A DNA stretch of 61,895 nt, filler included, from Stramenopiles sp. TOSAG23-3 (Eukaryota): the NCBI GenBank assembly GCA_900128585.1. It is 5 parts of 5 records of this genome, joined end to end, with 100 filler letters (N's around TTAATTAATTAA, not from the genome) between each part and the next. Parts side by side here need not be neighbours in the genome. Positions count along the whole stretch, not along the records: positions 1 to 27,615 come from LT642258.1; 4 more parts are not named here. One strand, written 5' to 3'. Below the pieces are notes generated by a model, which did not search any database, was not told the origin of the DNA, and saw nothing but the letters and a program-made list of their open reading frames with translations. Numbering within the stretch: position 1 is the stretch's first letter; every line of letters begins with the position of its first letter. A program made the translations under genes and the position numbers. Of this stretch, positions 9,994-20,390 are shown in pieces.

Positions 9994-10633
9994 GTATTAA
10001 AGTAACATACGAGGAGGAGGAGTACTTGGTTGTTCTGAAACGCGCCGCCGTCGTTCGAAGTTTTGCTTCTCGGCATGGACTACAACCTTGGCGTGGAACA
10101 GCGGGCAAGGCAGCACGGCATTGGCATCGAGAAGCTGAAGAGAAAAGAAATGCTCGATGTTAGCAGCAGCGACAGCAGCAGCAGCAGCGAGGAGGAACCG
10201 GTGAACGCGAAACGGACGAATTTTAAAACCAGTTACTATAAATAAATGGCTTGCTAATCAATCATCCTTATTTTATTTGGGTTATAAAAAAAACAAATTA
10301 TAGTATGTTTTAAGACTCTCATTTTATTAAATCAATTACTATTTCAGTTCCAACCTTAATCCTATCTTGATGTTTTAATTTGATTTTTTAATTTCTTTCG
10401 TTTCGTCGTTGATGATTATTTGGGTTATATATACGCGTATATAACAAACAAAAAGTGTACATTTGGAATAATACCAAATTAAGTAAGTGAGAAGATAAAC
10501 GAACAAAAATGCCGACAATCCCTATCAGCGCTTTTCTAGTTGGCATCGTTTGTGTTTGAACGTTTCTGCTGCCTTTTTTTTTTTTTACTCTAGAGGAGGA
10601 AGAATAACCGGTTGGTTGAAGTTGGGGAACGAA

Positions 10634-13600
10634 ATGGGGAACGCGTTTAAGAAAACTGTTGGCGCGCCTGTTGTGCAAGTCAAGTACAAAGAACGGAAGG
10701 ACCCCGTGAAACTGACAAAAGCCGATGTTAATGTTGTCGTCCGTGGCGCGTTTATTGAGAGCCGGGTGCGGCTTGCGTTTACAAACCCATACAAAATGAC
10801 GGTAGAAGCGGAGGTCTGCATCCCGCTGCCTGAGAACGCAACGGTGTGTAAATTTGGCACTTTGAACACGAGCGCCGACGTCCCTGCTGGCGACAAAATG
10901 ATTTGGGCAACAATCGTGGAGAAGGAAAAGGGGCGCATCACCTTTGACACGGAGGTCCGGGAAGATGGCGCCAAAACGGCGCTGCTGGAAGGAATCGCGG
11001 ACGGAGGAAACAATTACCGTGCGAGAATTTGGCCGCTTCCTCCTGGTGTCGATTATACGATTGAGTTGCGCTATTTTGACAAAATATCCCCGCCTCGCTT
11101 AGCACCCCACGACTCTCTCAGTGTACAGAAACATACGGGTTTAAGGGGGCTCCCGAATCCCTTGTTGGGGTACATTTCTAACTTTTTGGTACTACATGAC
11201 TTGATGCGTTTATCTAAGACCAGCACCCAGTTCCACGATTTCACCGCTCCGTCCGTCATTTCTTTGCCCACTCTGTTGGTGGACGCAGCCGACCAACTCA
11301 CTGTCACGGTCGAGTGCGAAAAAATGGGGAAGCCAATGTTTCACTGGGGAGGCGAGAAGTCTTCTGCCGTCCCCTTGTCGGCGAAAGAACGGACCGCTGC
11401 TGAGACAGGCGTGTTGACGTCCTTTACGACTGCGCTAAATAAAGGTCACCGCGAGTCGAGGTTGTGCCTTCCGCTTCCCTCCTTGCTGGGGGGTCAGACG
11501 TCGGTTGCAGTGGAAGAGTCACCAACAGACGGAGAGACTTATTTTTCTTTCGTAGACATTGCCGTGGGCGTTCCTGCACTCGCTGCTAATCAGATCTATG
11601 CCGGATCACCGCAGCCGCTGTACGGAATTGTATGGGATACATCCATGTCTCACGGGAACATAATGAACGCGGATAATCACAACCGGTTGGATAAGGAGAT
11701 CGAGGTCGCCGTAGCGTGGGCGGACGGGCTACCCAAAGGGTTTTCGATAAAATTGTTGTCATTCTCTCACGAACTGAAAGTCGTGCTGGACGACATCACT
11801 AGCTCAGAAGCGCTTGAGCATGCGTTGCAAAATTTGACGTACTGTGGGGCCACCGATGCCACCCTGCTGTCGGGCCTCAATGACCATGGCGCTCACGTAA
11901 AGTACTGGGTGGTAGCGACCGACGGGGTCTCAACTTGTGGGGCGGACTGCACGTTCCCTTCTACGTTACCTTGCGCTCCGTGCTTCACGATTTCCGCCTC
12001 GGCAGTAACGAATGGACCAGTGCTCAAACGGCTAGCGTCCGGGACGGGAGGCATGTACCTTGCACTACTATCTCCGCAAGGGTCTCTCCACGATGTCGTT
12101 GCAGCGATTGGAAAGGTACCATTTGGTGTCCAGAACATCAAGTTTAACAGGGACCATTTGGAAAAGGTGGAGCCGTCCGCTTCGTTTGCCGCGATGAACA
12201 ATGGTGATCGTTTGCACGTCACTGGTCGGTTAAAAAATGGCATTGCAAAGACAACGATCCGCATATCCTACGGGTTTTTGAACCATCCCCCCAGCTTTGT
12301 TCGCACGTGTGTGATTTTCAACGGGGGGGCAAAGAAGGTTGGCACGGTAGTGCCTCGTTTATGGGCGTCGCACCAGGTGAAAGCAATCCTGTGCCAGGAC
12401 GAAGATGCCCCTGCCCGGAAAGAAAAGCTGCTGCGTCTAGGCCGACAGTTTGGCCTGGTAACACCTGGCAGCAGCCTCTTGGTCCTTACGGAACTGACGC
12501 AATACTTGAAGCATGGCATATCACCGCCGGCGTCCTTACCGCGATTAGCAGAAGAGTACCGGGTGAAAATGGCTCAAAACGCTTCGCAGCTGGACGAAGA
12601 AAGGGAGACAAAATTGAAACGCATTGCGGGAATGTGGGAACGGCGTGTAAAATGGTGGAACAGTAACTTCGACGACGACGACTGCGAGGAAGAGATAGAA
12701 GTTGCCGGAGGACTATTTGGGGGTGACGAAAGCGATTGCGATGACGATGCCTCCGAGCTATTACAGGCGTCAGCGTCAGCGTTTAGGTGTGCACCTCGAA
12801 GGCTAATGAAGAAGGGCAAGGGGGCAAAAAAGAAAACCCCGAAGACTGGCGCTATAAAACTCGCCGGGTGGAACCCTGACATGCCGTACATCGCCAGCAT
12901 AGAAGCGCAGTACAATGCGCCTGGAAAGAGTGATCTCGACGAGGCCCAGCCACGCCCAAAGGCCGTAATGGCAGCCTACTATAAACAGAGAAGAACGTAC
13001 GGTTTATCTCCTGCGTTTTACTTTGATGTAGCCTCCAAACTTTTTGAGTACAGCCGGGCTAATACCTCCAACGCAGGGTCCGATAGTGTGTACAAGGAGA
13101 AGGCCGTCAGCGTACTCTTATCGGTGCTAGAGCTTGGGGTGAACGATGCCAAGCTGATGCGCTTGGTAGGGTACATGCTGTACGTTAATGCTGAAACAAA
13201 GCTAGCCAAACGTGTGTTCAAACAAGTCCTCACGCAAAGCCCTAGCGAGCCCCAAAGTCATCGTGACTATGCCCTGGTTGTTGCGCAGGAAGTCGAAGCA
13301 CTGTTGGAGCCGTGCGTGGACGGAGCATTCCCCAGTCCACTGCCCACCCCGGTCGTCGAGAGAATTCACGATTTGACGCGAACGTCGCTATCCCACTTTG
13401 CAAGAATTGTGACTGGAAAATGGGACAGTAGGTTCGATGAGATCGAACTGACTGCCCTGATGGAAATGAACGCGTTTATTGCCCGCTGTCGAGCAAAGGC
13501 CGCTGAAACGTTTTTTCTGAAACTGCAGACAAACGAGAAACTGGAGTCGCGCGAAAACCTTCTGGACATGGCAAGGCCTGGCCTTCCCTCAAGCGAAAGA

Positions 13601-14107
13601 CTTCCCCCAGAGCTTCTGGTAAACCTCCATCTCGATGTTAGAGTCAGCATGGGTTGGGATACAGATAATACTGACATTGACTTGCATGTTTTCGAACCGA
13701 CCGGTGAAAATGCTTACTATGGAAATCCCCGAACGAGAATTGGTGGTGCAGTGTCAAGAGATTTTACCAGGGGGTATGGGCCTGAAGAGTACATGCTGAA
13801 GTCAGCCATGCCAGGAAAGTACGTCGTGTCTGCAAAATATTACGCTAGTCATCGGCAAGACCTTGCGGGGGCTACGTCAGTGTTGTTGAATTTGACGTAT
13901 GATTTTGGTCGCCCAGAAGAAAAGTCTTCCCTGACGGCCATTCGATTGAATGAAAACAAGGAAAAAATTCAGGTAGGGGAGTTTTTCGTGGAAGAGAAAC
14001 TGTCGTCCCAGGGTACGAGTGAGTCAAAAGCGGACGAGACTGGCGAAGATAGCGCGGGGGAAGTCCATTTAGCGTTCATGGATTCCAACGGTTCGGGGGA
14101 TTACTAA
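10634..14107 (+). CDS. VIT - (F-box-like) - VWA-like - TPR - DUF2135/YfaP-like protein
   Basis: VIT-like FTNPY..EAE..IPLPENATV..F..IVEKEKGR.TFD; VWA-like IVWDTSMS, ATDG; TPR-like segment (FKQVL..P.EPQSHRDYAL); DUF2135 motif GWDTDNTDIDLHVFEPTGE..DFTRGYGPEEY. First ATG 10634 gives MGNAFKK. Confidence 0.82.
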   Translation: MGNAFKKTVGAPVVQVKYKERKDPVKLTKADVNVVVRGAFIESRVRLAFTNPYKMTVEAEVCIPLPENATVCKFGTLNTSADVPAGDKMIWATIVEKEKGRITFDTEVREDGAKTALLEGIADGGNNYRARIWPLPPGVDYTIELRYFDKISPPRLAPHDSLSVQKHTGLRGLPNPLLGYISNFLVLHDLMRLSKTSTQFHDFTAPSVISLPTLLVDAADQLTVTVECEKMGKPMFHWGGEKSSAVPLSAKERTAAETGVLTSFTTALNKGHRESRLCLPLPSLLGGQTSVAVEESPTDGETYFSFVDIAVGVPALAANQIYAGSPQPLYGIVWDTSMSHGNIMNADNHNRLDKEIEVAVAWADGLPKGFSIKLLSFSHELKVVLDDITSSEALEHALQNLTYCGATDATLLSGLNDHGAHVKYWVVATDGVSTCGADCTFPSTLPCAPCFTISASAVTNGPVLKRLASGTGGMYLALLSPQGSLHDVVAAIGKVPFGVQNIKFNRDHLEKVEPSASFAAMNNGDRLHVTGRLKNGIAKTTIRISYGFLNHPPSFVRTCVIFNGGAKKVGTVVPRLWASHQVKAILCQDEDAPARKEKLLRLGRQFGLVTPGSSLLVLTELTQYLKHGISPPASLPRLAEEYRVKMAQNASQLDEERETKLKRIAGMWERRVKWWNSNFDDDDCEEEIEVAGGLFGGDESDCDDDASELLQASASAFRCAPRRLMKKGKGAKKKTPKTGAIKLAGWNPDMPYIASIEAQYNAPGKSDLDEAQPRPKAVMAAYYKQRRTYGLSPAFYFDVASKLFEYSRANTSNAGSDSVYKEKAVSVLLSVLELGVNDAKLMRLVGYMLYVNAETKLAKRVFKQVLTQSPSEPQSHRDYALVVAQEVEALLEPCVDGAFPSPLPTPVVERIHDLTRTSLSHFARIVTGKWDSRFDEIELTALMEMNAFIARCRAKAAETFFLKLQTNEKLESRENLLDMARPGLPSSERLPPELLVNLHLDVRVSMGWDTDNTDIDLHVFEPTGENAYYGNPRTRIGGAVSRDFTRGYGPEEYMLKSAMPGKYVVSAKYYASHRQDLAGATSVLLNLTYDFGRPEEKSSLTAIRLNENKEKIQVGEFFVEEKLSSQGTSESKADETGEDSAGEVHLAFMDSNGSGDY

Positions 14108-14715
14108 GAATAAATGCTTGTGCAAGCTTGGATTTGCATAAACCCGGTGATGAATCGTGGATGCTGTAATTTACTTCCAGTAATTTACTAAGGTGACCTC
14201 CCCCAAGGACGGAAGTACATTGAAAACTCCGAGCCAACACCGCCAAGACCGCACGTAAGTCGGCACGAGAAAAAAGAGAAACCAAAACCGCATCTGAGTT
14301 ACAAAGGAGGTGTGTGTGCCTTCTTCTATAATATCTTCTCTGCGACGTGACTAAAATAAGGGTAGTAAGCCATATCTATGCTATTCCGATGATAACTAAA
14401 AAATAAATAATGATGTGCTGCTGTATAATATCATAAGTTTTGTGCTCTACTATTTTGGACAGTTGACGAGAACCGGGGAAACGCATCTCAGCAACAGCCC
14501 CCCGACGCCGCCAGAACAGAAACGGGCCATGGAGGAACCCCCTGAAAAAAAGGACGACCGCAATTATAATAGGTTATTTGCGTAAATAATTTTGTGATTT
14601 AATTTAGAGTAGGGGCCACGCGAGTTTGAATTTTTCAACTGAGTACAAAGCAAAAACTCACAAAAATTTACCGGGCGCGCGGTGGAGGTGCAAAAACTGG
14701 CGAACGGGACTCGTC

Positions 14716-16191
14716 TCAAACGGAGGCAACGACGTCAACAACGGTGTAATACAGCTGTGCCGGTGTTTTCAGGCTCAAGTTCTGTATTTCATAGAACGAT
14801 TTTGGAGGAACCAAGAATATATCCCCCGGGCTTACCTGAGTCTTTTTGTTGTTGATAGTTACTAAGACACCCTTTTCCGCACAACGGTGGACGTGAAACA
14901 ATTGGGCGGCATCACCACTGCTTTCTGGGTCTTTCACAGCCTCTGGGCGAAGCTCAACCACCCCGGTCCGGAGCGTGTCGTGGATGAAGGCTGCTGCTGC
15001 ACGCGTTTCTGCTTTTTCGCCATTTTTTGTCTCGTTTTCAGACGTAGAGCACGGCAGGCTTTGGAACGCCAAATTTTCTGCACGCTTGACCAGTTCTACT
15101 TGCGCCGTGCGGTCGTCTCCCAAGTCGATTTCGATACTGGGCATTTCCGTTTCCACATCCTCGGGCAATACGATGGGCTCATACCCAACTCGTCTCTTCT
15201 TGCGCGGCTTCTTAGCTGGCGTAGGTTTTGAAAGGCGTTCAATGCCTTTTGCCACAGGTAGGACCTGGCCCAGACCATCATTTGTGCGCTCATAAACAAT
15301 TCGCTCATTCTTCCAGTACTCCAGCGGCTTCACGCGCACGCGTTTCGAGCGGCGTAGGCCCGGTTGGCGAATGGGCGATTCCATTGCATTCGCCGCCGCC
15401 TCCATGCGCTTTCGTGTGGAATCCGCAGCAGACCTTCCGGCCGTCTGCGGGCTAAAGTCGCTACGGTCCAGCAAACTGTTGTCCGCAGACGGGCTATTCA
15501 CTAGGGCGGATTGGTCTTGGGCCTCGCTCATCATGGTGTCGTCCTCAGAGGAGGAGGAAGGCATGGCGGAAGTTTCCGAGTCCGACTGGTCCGGGGGGCT
15601 GAAGGACTTGGCACTACTACTACTGCTGCTTGTGCTCAGGTTCATCTGGCTTCCCTCCGGCGACATCATCGACGCATCTGGACTGTTCGACTTGATAGGA
15701 CTTTGGTCGCTGGTAAAGGAGGTGGCTCGCACCTCGTTGTTCACGCTAGGGTCGCTTGAAGTGCTGCCAGCACCATTGGCGAAAAGCTCCCTGCGGGCCG
15801 CATCGTCCGCGGCGGACTCCGACTCGACGCTCGCCCCTTCTGCCCGGGAGGACGGCACTTGAGCCCCGTCACGGTCTGTGTCGTCTCCGCTGGTTTCCAA
15901 GGGACTTTCTATGTCCGTCGACATCCGGTTTGTTGCTGGGGACGCGAAGAAATCGCTGACATCCTCAAAGCCCTCTGCGTCCCTATCAACGGACGTCCGT
16001 GCTTTCCGGCCAGACCTCCGACCCCGTTCGGCCGGGTCCACGCTGTAGCGTCTATTCTCTTGCGCCATTCGCTTCAAGTGGGATCGACGCTGTCGCCTGG
16101 ACAAGCCAAACTTCGGCACTGGCGCAGGAGACCCCATGCTCTGCTTGTTCGTATCTGCAGCAGCAAGCACTGCTTCGTTTGTTCGCGGCAT
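14716..16191 (-). CDS. CENPC: Centromere protein C (Mif2/CENP-C homologue)
   Basis: CENP-C motif PGLRRSKRVRVKPLEYWKNERIVY; Mif2-N-like GRRSG..RDAEGFEDVSDFF; C-terminal cupin (GDIFLVPPKSFYEIQN). Confidence 0.9.
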   Translation of the reverse strand: MPRTNEAVLAAADTNKQSMGSPAPVPKFGLSRRQRRSHLKRMAQENRRYSVDPAERGRRSGRKARTSVDRDAEGFEDVSDFFASPATNRMSTDIESPLETSGDDTDRDGAQVPSSRAEGASVESESAADDAARRELFANGAGSTSSDPSVNNEVRATSFTSDQSPIKSNSPDASMMSPEGSQMNLSTSSSSSSAKSFSPPDQSDSETSAMPSSSSEDDTMMSEAQDQSALVNSPSADNSLLDRSDFSPQTAGRSAADSTRKRMEAAANAMESPIRQPGLRRSKRVRVKPLEYWKNERIVYERTNDGLGQVLPVAKGIERLSKPTPAKKPRKKRRVGYEPIVLPEDVETEMPSIEIDLGDDRTAQVELVKRAENLAFQSLPCSTSENETKNGEKAETRAAAAFIHDTLRTGVVELRPEAVKDPESSGDAAQLFHVHRCAEKGVLVTINNKKTQVSPGDIFLVPPKSFYEIQNLSLKTPAQLYYTVVDVVASV

Positions 16192-17551
16192 GATAAATAA
16201 AGTGTTGGTGTTTGGCAATTCTTTTCAGGCTCCGTTCAATGGGTGTTGCGAGACTTGGATATATATATTACCACGTGCTGGATTTACGGGCAAGGGCTGG
16301 TCTGTTTCGTTCTTCAAGCAAAACGTCGAAAGAATGAAACTTATAATTCAACGAGTGCTATCGAATTATAAACGCAAATTCGTCTTCAATATTTATCGCT
16401 TTAAAATTATCTTAGTTCTCATTTCCATTTCTATTTTACATAATTGACCGTTTGTGTAAAATGGAAACTGTGTTGCTTTTACCGTGCGTGCGTGCGATGA
16501 TAAAATTGAGATGGAGGTTCTTCTTCTTTCTTCTGTTATTTTTTTTCTCAAATTCATTATAAATTAAGGGATATAATATCAATTTAATATTATTGTTTTG
16601 TTAAATAATATATTTTACTATTATATTAATAATTAATAGACAATATAATTACCTTAATTACTAATGAGTGCCATTTTATTTTATTTTTTTTTTAGAAGAA
16701 GAAGAAGGAATCTCGCGGTAGTTATTAATATTTTTTTTCAATGTTTATTTAATAGGTAAATAGCATTTCATTGAATGATTGATAATAATGATCCATTTTT
16801 TTCTGTTTTCATTCTTTCTTTCTTTCTTTCTTTGTTTCTTTCTTCTTGGTTCTAATATGCAGTAGCAGGACTATAATGTACCTACTAATTAACACTCAAA
16901 ATAATGGATTGATTGATTTACTAGTAAATACAGGAATATAGCATAGAGTGAAATAATTGGAGGGAACGGTGAAAAAATAACAACGATTTTTAGGAGGGAA
17001 TTTTCACTTTGTTTCTTTACAGCAAAGTAGTACTGCTATGGTATACTTTGCTGTGTCTATATTAGGATTAAATAATATAAGCAGGAGAGAGCGCTCTGAT
17101 ATCTGATAGCTACAATAGATGAACTTTCATTTATATTGATAGGATATTATATATACTTGTTGGTATATAAGACTATGAAGAAAACGGTGGTAATACCAGA
17201 GTTGTACCACAAAGAGCAGGAACAACCAATGAAAGAAATAGAATAAAAGGAAGATACCGTACAGTATTATTTATAAAAAATTGTATACTTGTACTGTATG
17301 TACAAGAAGTACTAAATAGATTAGTTTTTGTTTTTATTAATATTTGGCTTGAAGAATGAACGTTACAAAGCAAAGCCAAATTTTTTTACTGGTGTGCCTT
17401 GTACACCTATTATATTTACCTAACTAACTACCCAAACTAACAACCACTTCTTCTTGCTTGATGCTACTGAATGTTAGGCCCCGTTAACCCCTCCTTCTTC
17501 TCTTTCCTGGTGCCTCGCCTCCACTGTCTCTCACAGATTTTATCTTGTTAG

Positions 17552-17596
17552 ACACCCTACACCCTACACCCTACACCCTACACCCTACACCCTACA
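17552..17596 (+). repeat. Telomere-like heptamer tandem repeat (ACACCCT)x6.4, i.e. TGTAGGG on the minus strand
   Basis: Six perfect copies read directly from the sequence. Confidence 0.9.
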
Positions 17597-17905
17597 GCCT
17601 GCCACTACTAGTAGTCGTCTAGTCCCAATCAATCCAAGTTAGTACGGTCCGTATATCATAGTATAATACAATAAATACATAGTAAGGGATGAATGAAAGT
17701 TCTAGTCCAAGTTAGTCGTCTATAGTTTTAATACGTTGAATAGAGTACATTAAAAGAGTGTTCTAGTTAAGCCAAGTTGGTTTTATTTTATTTAGTATAT
17801 TTATTATTGTACATATTTTAAATTATACTGTGACACTGTGACATTACATTTTCATATTATTATTATTTATTTACGCCCCACCACCACAACAAGGACAGGC
17901 GGCGA

Positions 17906-17930
17906 CCCCCCCCCCCCCCCCCCCCCAAAA

Positions 17931-17979
<49 letters not shown>
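17906..17979 (+). repeat. C21 homopolymer followed by AAAAC and A48
   Basis: Direct reading. Confidence 0.9.
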
Positions 17980-17981
<2 letters not shown>

Positions 17982-18680
17982 TCGATCTGTCTTCTTAACT
18001 ATTAAGGCTTAAAAGTAAATATATTATTTTTATTATTATTTCAAGTATACAATGATAAATAACATTTAACATTTCCTTACTTTAGTAAAGAATGCCGAAT
18101 CGATATTATATTACATTATTATTTATCTTTTTTTCTCCTCCTCCTCCTCTTCCTCTTCTATTTATGTTAAATATTCTTCTGCTTTTATTTAATAGAGACT
18201 ACTACGATTATTACGTGCCGAAGTTATTAATTATATTTTTTGGATGCTGTTTAATGTAATTAATAGCTGGATACTCGTATGTTGTTGTAACAATAATAAT
18301 AAAAAATGATGATGATGATCATTTACCATCATGGCGAATGCGTGGCTTGGCTTTTTTGGCCTCCATGGCATTCTATATCTTCCATTCTTTGCCTTTGAGT
18401 GTTTCTCATTTAAAATTAAGATTGATTCGTAAGGTCTTCGTTAACAACGTGTCCTCTCTCACCCCCTTTCTTTAAACCCGACCCAGAATTTTATACAGTG
18501 GCCCCTGTGTGTTCAATTTAATATCCAGGAGGAGATTTTACTTCATTTCCACGGTGTGGTAAAACGTACCAGAAGTAAGCAATACCAACCGTTTTCTCCC
18601 GAGAACACAGTTCAACAAAGTACATTTTGCGCTGTGACATTTGGCGAAACATAAACTTCGGAAGTCGCGAAAAATACAGC

Positions 18681-20390
18681 ATGGGGAAGAAAAGCAAGCG
18701 TCACGGTAGAAAGCATGGGAAGAAATCCCCGCAGAAGAAGAAGGCTCCGGCCCCGGCCAAGCCGAAGACGCCAGTGGAAAGGCCCGCTGGCGCTACTGCC
18801 AACTTAGGCATGGACAAGCGTGCCTCCAAGCTGGAAGCGCAACTGGCCAAGAGCCAGGAAAGCATGCCCGCAAAGGCCAGGCGCACCAGCGCCACAATTG
18901 CTGGCTTGGCTCAGAACTTAGAGCGGTCCATGAAAAAAAACAACGTCAAGCACCTGCTGGAGACCCGCCCGGAGCGAGGCGACTCGGAAGAACTCCTTGG
19001 TATCAAGGCCAACCTGGCCAACAGCATTCAGGGTGTCGCAAAGAAGCTGGAGAAGAAAATGACTGCTGACTCTATTCACCACAAGTTGGAAATGAGACCA
19101 GACCCTTCCTATTTGATCCGGCAGGGGATAATCGAAGATGACCTTGCCATCGCCCCAAGGATCCAAGGCCTGGCTGCAAAACTAGAGAGGCAGATCAACA
19201 AAGACGCGGTCGGTCACCTCCTGGCGTCGCGCCCGGACAAAGAGGTCCTTGAAAGCCAAGGGTTGCTTCAGAGACGCACGAGCGTTGCGCCGCGGATCCA
19301 AGCAATCCAGAGGAAGGTCGAGCGTAAGATGAACCAAGACAACGTCGGCCACTTGCTAGCAACCCGGCCGAACATCGGAGACATCGTCAGAGAAGGCGTG
19401 ATTGACGCGAAGGCCTCGAAGATCGCCCCCCAACTTCAAGCAAAGGTCAAGAGTCTGGAAAAGCAATTGGTCGGCAACATGGTTGGCCATTTGCTGGAGA
19501 CTCGCCCGGACGAATTCGACCTGATCGACCTGGGAATCAAGCACGACGATCGCGTTGCCCCACGGATCCAAGCTTTAGCAGTGACATTGGAGCGAAAAAT
19601 GAACCAGGATTTCATCGGGCAAATGTTAGAATCCAGGCCAGACGTCGAAGAGTTGCGAACGCTTGGTATTTATAAAGATGGCGTCGCCGACAGTATCCTT
19701 GGTGCGAAGGAAAAGTTGGAGAAGAAGATGGTTCGGGACAGAGTTGCTCATATGCTAGAATCCCGCCCGTCTACTGTGAACCTTCAAGAAAGAAACATTT
19801 TGAAAGAGACGGGGGTTGCAGCAGGTGTTTCTAGCTCGAAAGTGCAGCTGGAGAAGAATATTTTGAAAGACCAACTGGCAGGATTGCTCCGCCAACGCCC
19901 TTCGAAAGACGCATTAGAGGAGGATGGGCTCTTACAAGATGCCGGTGAAGAATACGATGATTTTGCTGACTCGAGCGCTGAAGAGTTGGGCGATGACGGC
20001 GAAGAATACTTGAATGCCAGCCCGAAGCGCGGTGCGGCTTTTGAAAGAAGCGAAAGCAGCGTGTCACGCAACGACTCTTCACAGTCTCAGTCATCGTCTA
20101 ACTATTATGGATATATGCAAGAAGAATCTCGGTATTTTTCACCACAAACAACGAGAATGAGGTATAGGTACGGTGTGGCACTGAAGGGTGCCGCTCAACT
20201 GTACAATTTAGGGCAAATTTCTATCGCAGAAAAGGCCGCTTTGAAAGAGCTTATACTGAGCACAGATGAGCGCGTTATGGCCGCAGTAGAAGTTCATGAA
20301 ATTGATGGGGACGACGAGGAAATCTTGGACACATTAAAGCGGATCGCGGTTAGGGCGCTCGTAGAAGCGCAAGAGATGTACTCGAGCTAA
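18681..20390 (+). CDS. RPEL-repeat (G-actin-binding) protein, 8 repeats
   Basis: Eight ~44-aa units with L..RP...L...GI/L core (e.g. HKLEMRPDPSYLIRQGII, HMLESRPSTVNLQERNIL); basic N-terminus; small helical C-terminal domain. Confidence 0.85.
   Translation: MGKKSKRHGRKHGKKSPQKKKAPAPAKPKTPVERPAGATANLGMDKRASKLEAQLAKSQESMPAKARRTSATIAGLAQNLERSMKKNNVKHLLETRPERGDSEELLGIKANLANSIQGVAKKLEKKMTADSIHHKLEMRPDPSYLIRQGIIEDDLAIAPRIQGLAAKLERQINKDAVGHLLASRPDKEVLESQGLLQRRTSVAPRIQAIQRKVERKMNQDNVGHLLATRPNIGDIVREGVIDAKASKIAPQLQAKVKSLEKQLVGNMVGHLLETRPDEFDLIDLGIKHDDRVAPRIQALAVTLERKMNQDFIGQMLESRPDVEELRTLGIYKDGVADSILGAKEKLEKKMVRDRVAHMLESRPSTVNLQERNILKETGVAAGVSSSKVQLEKNILKDQLAGLLRQRPSKDALEEDGLLQDAGEEYDDFADSSAEELGDDGEEYLNASPKRGAAFERSESSVSRNDSSQSQSSSNYYGYMQEESRYFSPQTTRMRYRYGVALKGAAQLYNLGQISIAEKAALKELILSTDERVMAAVEVHEIDGDDEEILDTLKRIAVRALVEAQEMYSS

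Noticed and set aside
14512..14532. AGAACAGAAACGGGCCAT resembling RNase P/MRP conserved region V
   Set aside because: No complementary CR-I (GGAAxGUCC-like) partner found upstream.
14671..14691. CCGGGCGCGCGGTGG resembling the SRP RNA Alu 5' end
   Set aside because: No helix 6/8 motifs follow, and it runs directly into the CENP-C antisense strand.
16450..18450. AT-rich gene-free interval beside CENP-C as a centromere
   Set aside because: Similar AT-rich spacers occur elsewhere (32150-33750, 48300-49800); adjacency to the CENP-C gene is not evidence.
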